From the NCBI RefSeq assembly GCF_022045235.1, contig NW_027266297.1:44950001-45014000 (forward strand): a DNA stretch of 64,000 nucleotides, in the 5' to 3' direction. This DNA comes from Haliotis cracherodii. Lineage: Eukaryota. A program made the translations under genes and the position numbers. Shown here piece by piece: positions 24,828 through 38,460 of this stretch. The notes below the pieces were generated by a model. It saw only the letters and a program-made list of their open reading frames with translations. It had not been told where the DNA came from and did not search any database. The first letter of the stretch is position 1; each line of letters opens with the position of its first letter.

Positions 24828-27800
24828 ACTGACACCATGTTAACATTGAAATCTTGTGTGCTGTGTTGTCCTTATACTGATACTCTGTTAACATTGGAAT
24901 CTAGTGTTCTATGTTGTCTTTGTACTGACACCATGTTAATATTGGAATAGTGTGGGCTGTGTTATCTTTGTACTGATACCATGTTAATATTGGAATAGTG
25001 TGGGCTGTGTTGTCTTTATACTGATACCATGTTAACATTGGAATCTTCTGTGCTGTGTTGTCCTAATACTGATACCATGTTAACACTGGAATAGTGTGTG
25101 CTGTGTTGTCTGTATACTGATACCATGTTAACACTGGAATAGTGTGGGCTGTGTTGTCTTTATACTGATACCATGTTAACATTGGAATCTTCTGTGCTGT
25201 GTTGTCCTAATACTGATACCATGTTAACACTGGAATAGTGTGGGCTGTGTTGTCTTTATACTGATACCATGTTAACACTGGAATAGTGTGGGCTGTGTTG
25301 TCTTTATACTGATACCATGTTAACACTGGAATAGTGTGGGCTGTGTTGTCTTTATACTGATACCATGTTTACACTGGAATAGTGTGGGCTGTGTTGTCTT
25401 TATACTGATACCATGTTAACACTGGAATAGTGTGGGCTGTGTTGTCTTTATACTGATACCATGTTTACACTGGAATAGTGTGGGCTGTGTTGTCCTGATA
25501 CTGATACCATGTTAACACTGCAATAGTGTGGGCTGTGTTGTCTTTATACTGATACCATGTTAACACTGGAATAGTGTGGGCTGTGTTGTCTTTATACTGA
25601 TACCATGTTAACACTGGAATAGTGTGGGCTGTGTTGTCTTTATACTGATACCATGTTCATACTGGAATAGTGTGGGCTGTGTTGTCTTTATACTGATACC
25701 ATGTTAACACTGGAATAGTGTGGGCTGTGTTGTCTTTATACTGATACCATGTTAACATTGGAATAGTGTGGGCTGTGTTGTCTTTATACTGATACCATGT
25801 TAACACTGGAATAGTGTGGGCTGTGTTGTCTTTATACTGATACCATGTTAACACTGGAATAGTGTGGGCTGTGTTGTCTTTATACTGATACCATGTTTAC
25901 ACTGGAATAGTGTGGGCTGTGTTGTCCTGATACTGATACCATGTTAACACTGGAATAGTGTGGGCTGTGTTGTCCTGATACTGATACCATGTTAACACTG
26001 GAATAGTGTGGGCTGTGTTGTCTTTATACTGATACCATATTAACACTGGAATAGTGTGGGCTGTGTTGTCCTGATACTGATACCATGTTAATATTGGAAT
26101 AGTGTGGGCTGTGTTGTCCTAATACTGATACCATGTTAACACTGGAATAGTGTGGGCTGTGTTGTCCTGATACTGATACCATGTTAATATTGGAATAGTG
26201 TGGGCTGTGTTGTCCTAATACTGATACCATGTTAACACTGGAATAGTGTGGGCTGTGTTGTCTTTATACTGATACCATGTTAACGCTGGAATAGTGTGGG
26301 CTGTGTTGTCCTGATACTGATACCATGTTAACACTGGAATAGTGTGGGCTGTGTTGTCTTTATACTGATACCATGTTTACACTGGAATAGTGTGGGCTGT
26401 GTTGTCCTGATACTGATACCATGTTAACACTGGAATAGTGTGGGCTGTGTTGTCTTTATACTGATACCATGTTAACACTGGAATAGTGTGGGCTGTGTTG
26501 TCTTTATACTGATACCATGTTAACACTTGAATAGTGTGGGCTGTGTTGTCCTGATACTGATACCATGTTAACACTGGAATAGTGTGGGCTGTGTTGTCTT
26601 TATACTGATACCATGTTAACACTGGAATAGTGTGTGCTGTGTTGTCTTTATACTGATACCATGTTAACACTGGAATAGTGTGGGCTGTGTTGTCTTTATA
26701 CTGATACCATGTTAACACTGGAATAGTGTGGGCTGTGTTGTCCTGATACTGATACCATGTTAACACTGGAATAGTGTGGGCTGTGTTGTCTTTATACTGA
26801 TACCATGTTAACACTGGAATAGTGTGGGCTGTGTTGTCTTTATACTGATACCATGTTAACACTGGAATAGTGTGGGCTGTGTTGTCTTTATACTGATACC
26901 ATGTTAACACTGGAATAGTGTGGGTTGTGTTGTCTTTATACTGATACCATGTTAATATTGGAATAGTGTGGGCTGTGTTGTCTTTATACTGATACCATGT
27001 TAACACTGGAATAGTGTGGGCTGTGTTGTCTTTATACTGATACCATGTTAACACTGGAATAGTGTGGGCTGTGTTGTCTTTATACTGATACCATGTTAAC
27101 ACTGGAATAGTGTGGGCTGTGTTGTCTTTATACTGATACCATGTTAACACTGGAATAGTGTGCGCTGTGTTGTCCTGATACTGATACCATGTTAACACTG
27201 GAATAGTGTGGGCTGTGTTGTCTTTATACTGATACCATGTTAACACTGGAATAGTGTGGGCTGTGTTGTCTTTATACTGATACCATATTAACACTGGAAT
27301 AGTGTGGGCTGTGTTGTCTTTATACTGATACCATGTTAACACTGGAATAGTGTGTGCTGTGTTGTCTTTATACTGATACCATGTTAACACTTGAATAGTG
27401 TGGGCTGTGTTGTCTTTATACTGATACCATGTTAACACTGGAATAGTGTGGGCTGTGTTGTCTTTATACTGATACCATGTTAACACTGGAATAGTGTGGG
27501 CTGTGTTGTCTTTATACTGATACCATGTTAACACTGGAATAGTGTGGGCTGTGTTGTCTTTATACTGATACCATGTTAACACTGGAATAGTGTGGGCTGT
27601 GTTGTCTTTATACTGATACCATGTTTACACTGGAATAGTGTGGGCTGTGTTGTCTTTATACTGATACCATGTTAACACTGGAATAGTGTGGGCTGTGTTG
27701 TCTTTATACTGATACCATGTTTACACTGGAATAGTGTGGGCTGTGTTGTCCTGATACTGATACCATGTTAACACTGGAATAGTGTGGGCTGTGTTGTCTT

Positions 27801-28918
27801 TATACTGATACCATGTTAACACTGGAATAGTGTGCGCTGTGTTGTCCTGATACTGATACCATGTTAACACTGGAATAGTGTGGGCTGTGTTGTCTTTATA
27901 CTGATACCATGTTAACACTGGAATAGTGTGGGCTGTGTTGTCTTTATACTGATACCATGTTAACACTGGAATAGTGTGGGCTGTGTTGTCTTTATACTGA
28001 TACCATGTTTACACTGGAATAGTGTGGGCTGTGTTGTCCTGATACTGATACCATGTTAACACTGGAATAGTGTGGGCTGTGTTGTCTTTATACTGATACC
28101 ATGTTAACACTGGAATAGTGTGGGCTGTGTTGTCTTTATACTGATACCATGTTAACACTGGAATAGTGTGGGCTGTGTTGTCCTGATACTGATACCATGT
28201 TAACACTGGAATAGTGTGGGCTGTGTTGTCTTTATACTGATACCATGTTAACACTGGAATAGTGTGGGCTGTGTTGTCTTTATACTGATACCATGTTTAC
28301 ACTGGAATAGTGTGGGCTGTGTTGTCCTGATACTGATACCATGTTAACACTGGAATAGTGTGGGCTGTGTTGTCTTTATACTGATACCATGTTAACACTG
28401 GAATAGTGTGTGCTGTGTTGTCTTTATACTGACACCATGTTAACATTGGAATATTGTGTGCTGTGTTGTCTTTATACTGATACCATGTTAACATTGGAAT
28501 CTTGTGTGCTGTGTTGTCCTTATACTGATACTATGTTAACATTGGAATCTTGTGTGCTGTGTTGTCTTTATACTGATACTATGTTAACATTGGAATCTAG
28601 TGTGCTTTGTTGTCCTTATACTGATACCATGTTAACACTGGAATAGTGTGGGCTGTGTTGTCTTTATACTGATACATGTTAACATTGGAATCTTGTGTGC
28701 TGTGTTGTCCTTATACTGATACTATGTTAACATTGGAATCTTGTGTGCTGTGTTGTCCTTATACTGATACTATGTTAACATTGGAATCTTGTGTGCTGTG
28801 TTGTCTTTATACTGATACTATGTTAACATTGGAATCTTGTGTGCCGTGTTGTCCTTATACTGATACTATGTTAACATTGGAATCTTGTGTGCTGTGTTAT
28901 CTGTGTACTGATACCATG
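24828..28918. repeat. 48-bp satellite array 2
   Basis: ~85 units. The centre carries a homogenised variant (ACTGGAATAGTGTGGGCT), while the edges resemble array 1. Confidence 0.97.
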
Positions 28919-29204
28919 TAAACCACTGGTTGACAGCAACGATCCACATCTTCCGGGTACGATAGAGCCACCCGATAATCATTTTAGTGTGGTTGTATTT
29001 CAGTCAGTCATTGTCTACTATAGGACTTTCAACCCCGGGCTCCCACAACGAGAATCTGTGCAGAGCGAAGGATATCATGTTGTGTTTGCCAAATCCTAAC
29101 AACAGCCGACATAAATCCGATATCTTCTTTCAAGTAATTGGTTGTATATATCTTCACATTAACTTCCTATACATTGCACAGTGACATTGTGTGATGATAT
29201 AGAA

Positions 29205-31660
29205 TGAAATAGTGAGTGGGGAATGTTGGTACAGATTGAAATGGTAAGTGGGGAATGTTGGTACAGAGTGAAATGGTGAGTGGGGAATGTTGGTACAGAG
29301 TGAAATGGTTGTGTGGTGAATGTGTGTACACAGAGTGAAATGGTGAGTGGGGGATGTTGGTACAGAGTGAAATGGTGTGTGGGGAATTGTGTACACAGAG
29401 TGAAATGGTGTGTGAGGAATGTGGGTACAGATTGAAATGGTGAATGGGGAATGTTGGTACAGATTGAAATGGTGTGTGAGGAATGTGGGTACAGAGTGAA
29501 ATGGTGAGTGGGGAATGTTGGTACAGATTGAAATGGTGAGTGGGGAATGTTGGTACAGATTGAAATGGTGAGTGGGGAATGTTGGTACAGAGTGAAATGG
29601 TGTGTGGGGAAGGTTGGTACAGACTGAAATGGTGTGTGCGGAATTGTGTACACAGAGTGAAATGGTGTGTGAGGAATGTGGGTACAGAGTGAAATGGTGA
29701 GTGGGGAATGTTGGTACAGAGTGAAATGGTGTGTGAGGAATGTGGGTACAGATTGAAATGGTGAATGGGGAATGTTGGTACAGATTGAAATGGTGTGTGA
29801 GGAATGTGGGTACAGAGTGAAATGGTGAGTGGGGAATGTTGGTACAGATTGAAATGGTGAGTGGGGAATGTTGGTACAGATTGAAATGGTGTGTAGGGAA
29901 TGTTGGTACAGATTGAAATGGTGAGTGGGGGATGTTGGTACAGAGTGAAATGGTGTGTGGGGAATTGTGTACACAATGAAATGGTTGTGTAAGGAATTGT
30001 GTGCACAGAGTGAAGTGGTTGTGTGGGGAATGTGGGTACAGAGTGAAATGGTGAGTGGGGAATGTTGGTACAGAGTGAAATAGTGTGTGGGGAATTGTGT
30101 ACACAGAGTGAAATGGATGTGTGAGGGATGTAAGTACAGAGAGTGAAATGGTTGTGTGAAGAATTGTGTACACAGAGTGAAATGGTTGTGTGAGGGATGT
30201 GTGTACGGAAAGTGGACTGGTTGTGTGAGGGATGTGTGTACAGAGAGTGGTCTGGTTGTGTGGGGATGTGTGTACAGAGAGTGGTCTGGTTGTGTGAGGA
30301 ATGTGTGTAAAGAAAGTGGTCTGGTTGTGTGGGGATGTGTGTACAGAAAGTGGTCTGGTTGTGTGAGGGATGTGTGTAAAGGAAGTGGTCTGGTGTGAGG
30401 GATGTGTGTACAGAAAGTGGTCTGGTGTGAGGGATGTGTGTACAGAAAGTGGACTGGTTGTTTGAGGGATGTGTGCACAGAAAGTGGTCTGGTGTGAGGG
30501 ATGTGTGTACAGAAAGTGGACTGGTGTGAGGAATGTGTGTACAGAGAGTGGTCTGGTGTGAGGGATGTGTGTACAGAAAGTGGACTGGTGTGAGGGATGT
30601 GTGTACAGAAAGTGGTCTGGTTGTGTGAAGGATGTGTGTACAGAAAGTGGTCAGGTTGTGTGGGGATATGTCTACAGAAAGTGGACTGGTTGTGTGAGGG
30701 ATGTATGTACAGAAAGTGGTCTGGTGTGAGGGATGTGTGTACAGAAAGTGGAGTGGTGTGAGGGATGTGTGTACAGAAAGTGGACTGGTGTGAGGAATGT
30801 GTGTACAGAGAGTGGACTGGTGTGAGGGATGTGTGTACGGAAAGTGGACTGGTTGTGTGAGGGATGTGTGTACAGAAAGTGGACTGGTGTGAGGGATGTG
30901 TGTACAGAAAGTGGACTTGTGTGAGGGATGTGTGTACAGAAAGTGGACTGGTTGTGTGAGGGATTTATGTACATAAAGTGGTCTAGTGTAAGGGATTGGT
31001 GTACAGAAAGTGGTCTGGTTGTGTGAGGGATGTGTGTAAAGAAAGTGGTCTGGTTGTGTGGGGATGTGTGTACAGAAAGTGGTCTGGTTGTGTGAGGGAT
31101 GTGTGTAAAGGAAGTGGACTGGTGTGAGGGATGTGTGTAGAGAAAGTGGTCTGGTGTGAGGGATGTGTGTACAGAAAGTGGTCTGGTTGTGTGAGGGATG
31201 TGTGTACAGAAAGTGGTCTGGTGTGAGGGATGTGTGTACAGAAAGTGGACTGGTTGTTTGAGGGATGTGTGTAGAGAAAGTGGTCTGGTGTGAAGGATGT
31301 GTGTACAGAAAGTGGACTTGTGTGAGGGATGTATGTACAGAAAGTGGACTGGTGTGAGGGATGTGTGTACAGAAAGTGGACTGGTGTGAGGAATGTGTGT
31401 ACAGAAAGTGGACTGGTGTGAGGGATATGTGTACAGAAAGTGGTCTGGTTGTGTGAGGGATGTGTGTACAGAAAGTGGACTGGTGTGAGGGATGTGTGTA
31501 CAGAAAGTGGACTGGTATGAGGGATATGTGTACAGAAAGTGGTCTGGTTGTGTGAGGGATGTGTGTACAGAAAGTGGACTGGTGTGAGGGATGTGTGTAC
31601 AGAAAGTGGACTGGTGTGAGGGATGTGTGTACAGAAAGTGGACTGATGTGAGGGATGTAT
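29205..31660. repeat. Compound ~32-36-bp G/T-rich minisatellite (GTACAGAGTGAAATGGTGAGTGGGGAATGTTG grading into GTACAGAAAGTGGACTGGTGTGAGGGATGTGT)
   Basis: Tandem units with a variant switch near 30180; explains the 853-aa His/Thr-rich ORF. Confidence 0.95.
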
Positions 31661-31899
31661 GTATTCCTATATCTTCTAAGACGTGTTATCACATGTGATT
31701 CAGAAATAATACCCCACCGGAACCTCACCCCACACCCAATTCGTTTTTATGTACACAAAAAAAACCTGTGTCTCCGATAAGTCATAAGTCGATATATAGT
31801 TTTGAACTGTGTTGAAGAGGTTTCACTCCTAATGATAATACTAATATGAGGTAGGTAAACAGTAAATCGTGTCAGTGACCAACATATGTTCAGTATATC

Positions 31900-32037
31900 T
31901 GGGATGGTGGGTTTGCCTAGCCGTTAAAGCGTTCACTCGTTACGCCGTAAGTACGGCTTCGATTCCCTATATTGTACAATGTGTGAAGCCCATTTCTGGT
32001 GTCCGCCTCCGTGATAAAACCACCCTCACTTACTCAC
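31900..32037 (+). mobile_element. Degenerate SINE (family 1)
   Basis: Shares GTACAATGTGTGAAGCCCATTTCTGGTGTCC and a decayed tRNA head. Confidence 0.75.
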
Positions 32038-32319
32038 AGAAGATATCTGCTTTGCTATGAGAGACAGTGTCTGAAAACAAACACTCGATACTCTAAAGCA
32101 AAGCTCGATGAAGATGAAAGCGTTCATAAATGCGCGCTTTTGAATTACAGAAAAATATCAAAATGAAAACTGGAGAAACATGTTCAACTCCGCAATAATG
32201 TATATCTTTTATACGTGCACCTTCAGAGTCAGGGTGACATCGTACAATTAGGGCGGTATTTCACTTATATGACGATGTGTCAGCTTAAAGGGGGAGAAAT
32301 CCGGGATCTATGTAGGTCA

Positions 32320-32485
32320 AAGGCCACCTTGGTGAAACCCAAGAACCTGGGTATGGTGCTGACAAACCAACAAATATATTCAGAGCGAACCGGGATTCGG
32401 ACCTATCATGACTTGGTTCTGACATGACTCGGTGGCACTACAGCCAATTGCAGGCACCTTAGGGGACTGGGCCACCGGTGCCTCC
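32320..32485 (-). mobile_element. Degenerate SINE (family 2)
   Basis: Shares GGTATGGTGCTGACAAACC, GCGAACCGGGATTCG and GACTGGGCCACC with 53798-54013. Confidence 0.65.
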
Positions 32486-33473
32486 GATTTGTATATGCCT
32501 TTCAGTTAGCTTTAGTGTGTCTGATTGAACTAAGACATCCTCTGCAAACACATATTATGATTAGAGGTTATCTTATGGCAGTTTTCATACCATGTCCCAT
32601 ATCATCCCGAGACTACAATATCAGCTCGATATGGGTTGATACGGGGTATGGTATGCAAACTGCCAAATAATAACCTTTTTATCATATACTATAACATGAA
32701 ATTGTAAAATGTATACATTAATAAAAAACTATGTCCGTAAAAACATGTTCACCTTGTTTGGAAGACATAACCTTCCCGTGGAAAGGGCGTTAACTGAATA
32801 TAAGTCCAGTTTCCACCCTTGCCGAACTAGGATGAAATCTCCAGGCTCGATCGTAGCGCCAGCATGACTGACACAAACGCAATATTTGTATATATACTTT
32901 TATTGATATTGCTACACAGTTTCANNNNNNNNNNNNNNNNNNNNNNNNNNNNNNNNNNNNNNNNNNNNNNNNNNNNNNNNNNNNNNNNNNNNNNNNNNNN
33001 NNNNNNNNNNNNNNNNNNNNNNNNNNNNNNNNNNNNNNNNNNNNNNNNNNNNNNNNNNNNTTCAATATTCAGGTGTAGGTTTCGCACGTTGAAAACTAAG
33101 AAAATCCATGCATTTTTTTCATAAGAAAGATATATTTTCCTCAAACATTAAACTGATACGTCTAGATATAACTAAAAACAATGTACAAAGCAGCATTACA
33201 CTACTCAACGAAATTCCCAGTTATATACTTATGCGAAATAATTGCTATAATTCATTTTTTATGTGTTTGGTGTTTGTGTGTAAACTTTTATATTCCCAAA
33301 AGAAACTGAATTTCATTTTACAGGCCAAAGTGTTTTAGGGAGTGAATTTTAAAAACAAAAATGTTTAAATTAAAAGAGAATGGGTGTCTGCCCTGTCATT
33401 ATCCTTCTTGCTTTAAACTAGCGTAGAGCATAGTGTAGGTCGGAAGCTTTTAAAGCAGCATAATCAGTTGGAA

Positions 33474-35728
33474 TTATGCGAGCAGTGAAGAGACGACGAC
33501 ACTAAAACTGATAATGAGAGCCAGCAATGGAGCAGCTTGAGTGGTAGAGTTGGGTGCAGCGGTGGTGACGGTGATCTCTTGGGACAGCACGTTAGTCCAC
33601 CAGGTCGCTTTCACTTGGACAATAGTAGCCCTGGAATATACAGGTCATTTGAAACACGTCTAGCGATCAGCCTGTACTGCGTCACCAAGGTAAAGGGAAA
33701 TCACTGGACCTGACACATCCCTGAGAAGGAACTATTTCCCATGCTGTTGTCTTTCTTGCCATTACAAAAGACGGAATGCGATCAGCGGGTTTGGGAATAC
33801 AGAATATCATACCATGTGTCCTACAGAATATCATACCATGTGTCCTACAGAATATCATACCATGTTTCCTACAGAATATCATACCATGTTTCCTGCAGAA
33901 TATCATACCATGTGCCCTACAGAATATCATACCAAGTGTTCTACAGAATATCATTTCAAGTTTCCTACAGAATATCATACCATGTGTCCTACTGAATATC
34001 ATACCAAGTTTCCTACAGAATATCACACCATGTGTCCTACAGAATATCATACCAAGTGTCCTACAGAATATCATACCAAGTGTCCTACAGAATATCATAC
34101 CAAGTGTCCTACAGAATATCATATAAAGTTTCCTACAGAATATCATACCAAGTGTCCTACAGAATATCATACCAAGTGTCCTACAGAATATCATACCAAG
34201 TGTCCTACAAAATATCATACCATGTGTCCCACAGAATATCATACCAAGTGTCCTACAGAATATCATACAAGTGTCCTACAGAATATCATACCAAGTGTCC
34301 TACAGAATATTATACCAAGTGTCCTACAGAATATCATACCAAGTGTCCTACAGAATACCATACCATGTGTCCTACAGAATAGCATACCATGTGTAACACG
34401 GAATAGCCTACAAAGTGTCAATCAAAACATTACAAGTGTCCTACAGAATATCGTGTCTTACAAGATATCATAAGCGTTCTACAGAGTATCCTGTCCTAAT
34501 GAAAATCATGACTATCACATCAAGTGTCCTAATGAAAATCATGACTATCACATCAAGTGTCCTACGGAAAATCATGACTATCACATCAAGTGTCCTACGG
34601 AATATCATGACTATCACATCAAGTGTCCTACGGAATATCATGACTATCACATCAAGTGTCCTACGGAAAATCATGACTATCACATCAAGTGTCCTACGGA
34701 ATATCATGACTATCACATCAAGTGAGTTTCTGCTATGTATATGCACACATCTGAGTGGGTTGCACAGAAATCACATACCTGAACTGAACGCCTTGGGAAA
34801 CATCATAATCCGAGGGTGCTGTCCAGGTGAACATGACAGTTGTCTTCATACTACTACTGGTATGAGTCATCGAATTCTGAAAATAGAATACACCAAAATG
34901 CATGAAATAGTTGTGTTAAACTGCAATACGGATGACTTATCAGTGGATACTGTCAAAAACGCCATGGCTATCATCATCATTTTACAATCTATAGGTCCTC
35001 TTAAATGAGCCCTGTGATATAGATGCTAGGATTCAGTTCATAAAGAATGAGTTCAAGCTACAGACAAACCTTGGCAATATTTGCGCAGTCCATGGTTTTA
35101 GTATCATCCGCGGCGGTATACTTGGCAAAAGTCCCGGGCACTATGGCAGTGTCGGCGGTGGTACACTTGGTACAGCGGGCTTGGACCAGGAAACCTTTGA
35201 AGTATCCGTTGGTGGCAGTTGCGTTCAGAGTAACTGAATAATTAGGAAATGTCACCTGCAATTAGCCTGTAAGTTATTTTACNNNNNNNNNNNNNNNNNN
35301 NNNNNNNNNNNNNNNNNNNNNNNNNNNNNNNNNNNNNNNNNNNNNNNNNNNNNNNNNNNNNNNNNNNNNNNNNNNNNNNNNNNNNNNNNNNNNNNNNNNN
35401 NNNNNNNNNNNNNNNNNNNNNNNNNNNNNNNNNNNNNNNNNNNNNNNNNNNNNNNNNNNNNNNNNNNNNNNNNNNNNNNNNNNNNNNNNNNNNNNNNNNN
35501 NNNNNNNNNNNNNNNNNNNNNNNNNNNNNNNNNNNNNNNNACCATCCCGCCTTGTTTGATGGATGTGGTATCCGCTGTGAGGGTGTAAGGATGTGGTGAT
35601 GTGTTTGCGGTGGTTCCGTCGTGATGAGGCTTGAGATCCAGGCAAGCAGAGGCACCAGCTCCATCTTGGTAACCCAGAACCATCACCGGCAACACACAGA
35701 CGATGAAGAGGAATACATGCACGGCCAT
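33474..35728 (-). CDS. Reeler-domain protein, paralogue C, ~203 aa, probable GPI anchor. Exons 35728-~35536 (end in N gap), 35233-35070, 34876-34779, 33630-33474
   Basis: MAVHVFLFIVCVLPVMVLG-YQDGAGASACLDLKPHH...; GFLVQARCTKC; NSMTHTSSSMKTTVMFTWTAP; ATIVQVKATWWTNVLSQEITVTTAAPNSTTQAAPLLALIISFSVVVSSLLA*. All visible splice sites are canonical. Confidence 0.9.
33795..34722. repeat. 24-bp minisatellite (GTCCTACAGAATATCATACCAAGT) followed by a related 33-bp array, intron 3 of gene C
   Basis: ~25 units to ~34400, then ~7 units of GTCCTACGGAATATCATGACTATCACATCAAGT at 34490-34722. Confidence 0.93.
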
Positions 35729-37479
35729 CTAAATTTGTGAAGAAAAATATAATCGATAATACGAAAATCGGGGATGTTTCGTGTGATGGGTTTTATTGAC
35801 ATCCCAAATGCTATAACCCCACCAACCTTTGAAAACAGCAAGGTATAACTCCCAGAGTTTTTCCCAGAATTGTTCACCAAGACAATGGTCGCCGCGAAAT
35901 AGCAGCAAGATTGCTGATGCTCACTCACACTCACTCACTCACTCACTCACTCATTCACTCACTCTAAACACATACTACTCTCTGGTGACAGACACTAGCT
36001 GTAAGCTCTTTTGAAACATTAATAAATATTCAAACACATCTAAAAGTGTAAAGCTGCTAGATTTTAAGGTATCCAGTACAATCTAATGCTTATTAAAAAG
36101 TGACTACTAGATGTTTTCTTGTTACTTATTTGATGCATCTGATTTAAAGTGAGACTAGCCACGGGCAAATCGTCAGTCCACACATGTTTCACTTAGTCAT
36201 TAAAACACTCGTCTGTTGATAACATGATATGCATCCACCTGGCACTGTATGATCACCCCAAGTTTATACAATGTCTCCGTAAGGGGCCTGAAGTTAGCAG
36301 CGGGTTCGTTATTCGTTATTCGTTATTCAAATAACGAAAAACAAGCCAGCACCGTGCTCGTTATTCAAAGGCTGTATATTAAACAACTACAGTAATGTGG
36401 TCACATACACTGAAACTCATTTAATATATGACAGCAGATTCGTCTTACATCGTCCAAAAGCTGTTTGGTTTTTCAGTACTTTTGAATAACGAAAAACTAA
36501 CTGCAGCATGTTAGTTTTCAGGTGATGTCCAACGGCTCCCATGGTCGAAGGCGATGAACACACAATGCCATTTAGAAAGTGTTCAAATGTAACAAATGCT
36601 ATATTTAGGATAACACTTTCTTAGTAAAGTACAGATTCACTTGTATACAAATACTTGTATATAAGTACATAAATAAAAACAGCAGCAGATTTTTTATTCC
36701 ATGTATTTTTAAATTTTCTTAGACATAAACTAAATAACGAACCCGGTGGTGGTTAGTTTTCCTTAGTCAAAAGTACTGAATAGCTTAACAGTTGTTGAGA
36801 TATAGACTATAGACTATCTTCATTTAATAGAATTGTTGGACATAAACTAAATAACGAACTCGGTGCTGGTTTGTTTTTCGTTATTCAAAAGTGCTGAACA
36901 ACTAAACAGCTTTTGGACGATGTAAGACGAACCTGCTGTCATATATTAAATTAGTCTCAGTGTATTTGACCACATTACTGTAGTTGTTTAATATACAGCC
37001 TTTGAATAACGAATCCGGTACTGGCTTGTTTTTCCTTATTCGAAATACGAATAACGAATAACGAACCCTCTGGAAACAAGGTATCGTATATTTGTTATGT
37101 ATACCAAGTCTGAACAAGTAGAGATTGCTGCAGAGCATCAATAGCTCCCCGCCATATAATGTTATGTGCAGAGGAAGGAAATGTAAGCTATGGGAGGAAA
37201 GAATTTGTGTAAAGTACAAATTGGTTGTTATTAATGTACTTATCTTTGGAAAGCACAATAAAAGAAACAGTGTCTTTAATTGGTCAGCACAAAGAAAACC
37301 CAGGCAAGAAAACTGGGCCTGTCAGGCAAAACTTGATGTATACCCACTATTAGTACCAATTAAAAAAATCCTATATAGATAACACAACAAATGTCACTCT
37401 AAAGCATGCTTTTGCAGCAAATATCAATATTTCTGGTCAAGATGTTGGTTGGTTTAAATAAAGCAAACTTTTAAAATAG

Positions 37480-37810
37480 TAAACACAAAAAATGTAATGA
37501 ATACACTCAAATATACTTCAGTTCAAATGTAAAAATTCACGCATTCATTAATGGATTCCCATTTATCTAGAAGCAAGTTAGGAACATACAGTTTGGTCAC
37601 GTTATCTATAAATATTGAGAATTATCTTACATATTGTAAAAACAAAGGCCATAGGTCACTTTTCTCAAAACTTCGTTTAAGTAATCACAAACTAAAAATT
37701 GAAAAAATTGTAGATATACAAAAACACCAACCCCATTTGAACAACGTCTCTGTGAAACATGTGATGTCTCAGAAGATGAACAACATTACGCACTGTCTTA
37801 CATAATACAA
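37480..37810 (+). mobile_element. 3' fragment of a non-LTR retrotransposon ORF2 (CR1/L2-clade-like)
   Basis: SKLGTYSL...IENYL...RSLFSKLRLSNHKLKIE followed by degenerate Cys/His residues, typical of LINE ORF2 C-termini. Confidence 0.6.
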
Positions 37811-38223
37811 CCAAGAAAGAGGATCACAAATAATCCCCAATCATGATAAAGAATTTGGTACACTCTGTTAAAAGGAGCAGATTCTTAATAAGTTTACCAA
37901 CAGTTATCCAGAAACAACTTCCAAGATCTGTTAACATATCAACAATTACAAACAAATTCCTTGTACATGTATGTACTACATTACCATAGTTATGCTCAAT
38001 TCTTATATTGTTTCCATATCATTATAAAACACTTGTTTTAGAAATTAAATTCTACCTCTTTTGAATGTTGAATGTTCCTGTGTTTTTTAATTGTCGTTTA
38101 TTGTGCATGTATTTTGTAGTTTGTGATTGTGCAATATTGCCACTGTTTCTTCATGGAATGTTCCGCAATACATATCTCATCTAAAACATCTTTGTTGTAT
38201 AATAGTTTCTTACAGTTGTTTAC

Positions 38224-38460
38224 GGGGGCATGGCTGCAATTCGCTATGCAGAGTTGTGTCCCTTGGGCACGCCAGAAACCTATGACAGTGTGTTTGAATC
38301 TCGGTTCGCCCCGATTTTGTTGTCAGCACAAAACCCTTGCTCGTTGGTTTCACCAAAGTGGTGAACGTGTAAGACCTGCATCACTTCAGACTTTCATCCC
38401 ACTTCAAGCTGACACGGAATACTATTCAAGACGGCGTTAAACCTAACTACCTCACTCACT
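38224..38460 (+). mobile_element. SINE (family 2), degenerate
   Basis: GCAGAGTTGTGTCCCTTGGGCACGCCAGAAACCTATGA is shared with 53798-54013; GGCGTTAAAC + (CACT)n tail. Confidence 0.8.

Noticed and set aside
24828-28918. CRISPR-like regular array
   Set aside because: Contiguous tandem units with no unique spacers, no cas genes and a eukaryotic context.
29154-31728. 853-aa His/Thr-rich ORF
   Set aside because: Low-complexity minisatellite open in all three minus-strand frames; no splice or codon evidence.
32827-33144. ORFs spanning N runs (also 35242-35728)
   Set aside because: Artefacts of assembly gaps; only the 35541-35728 part is a real exon.
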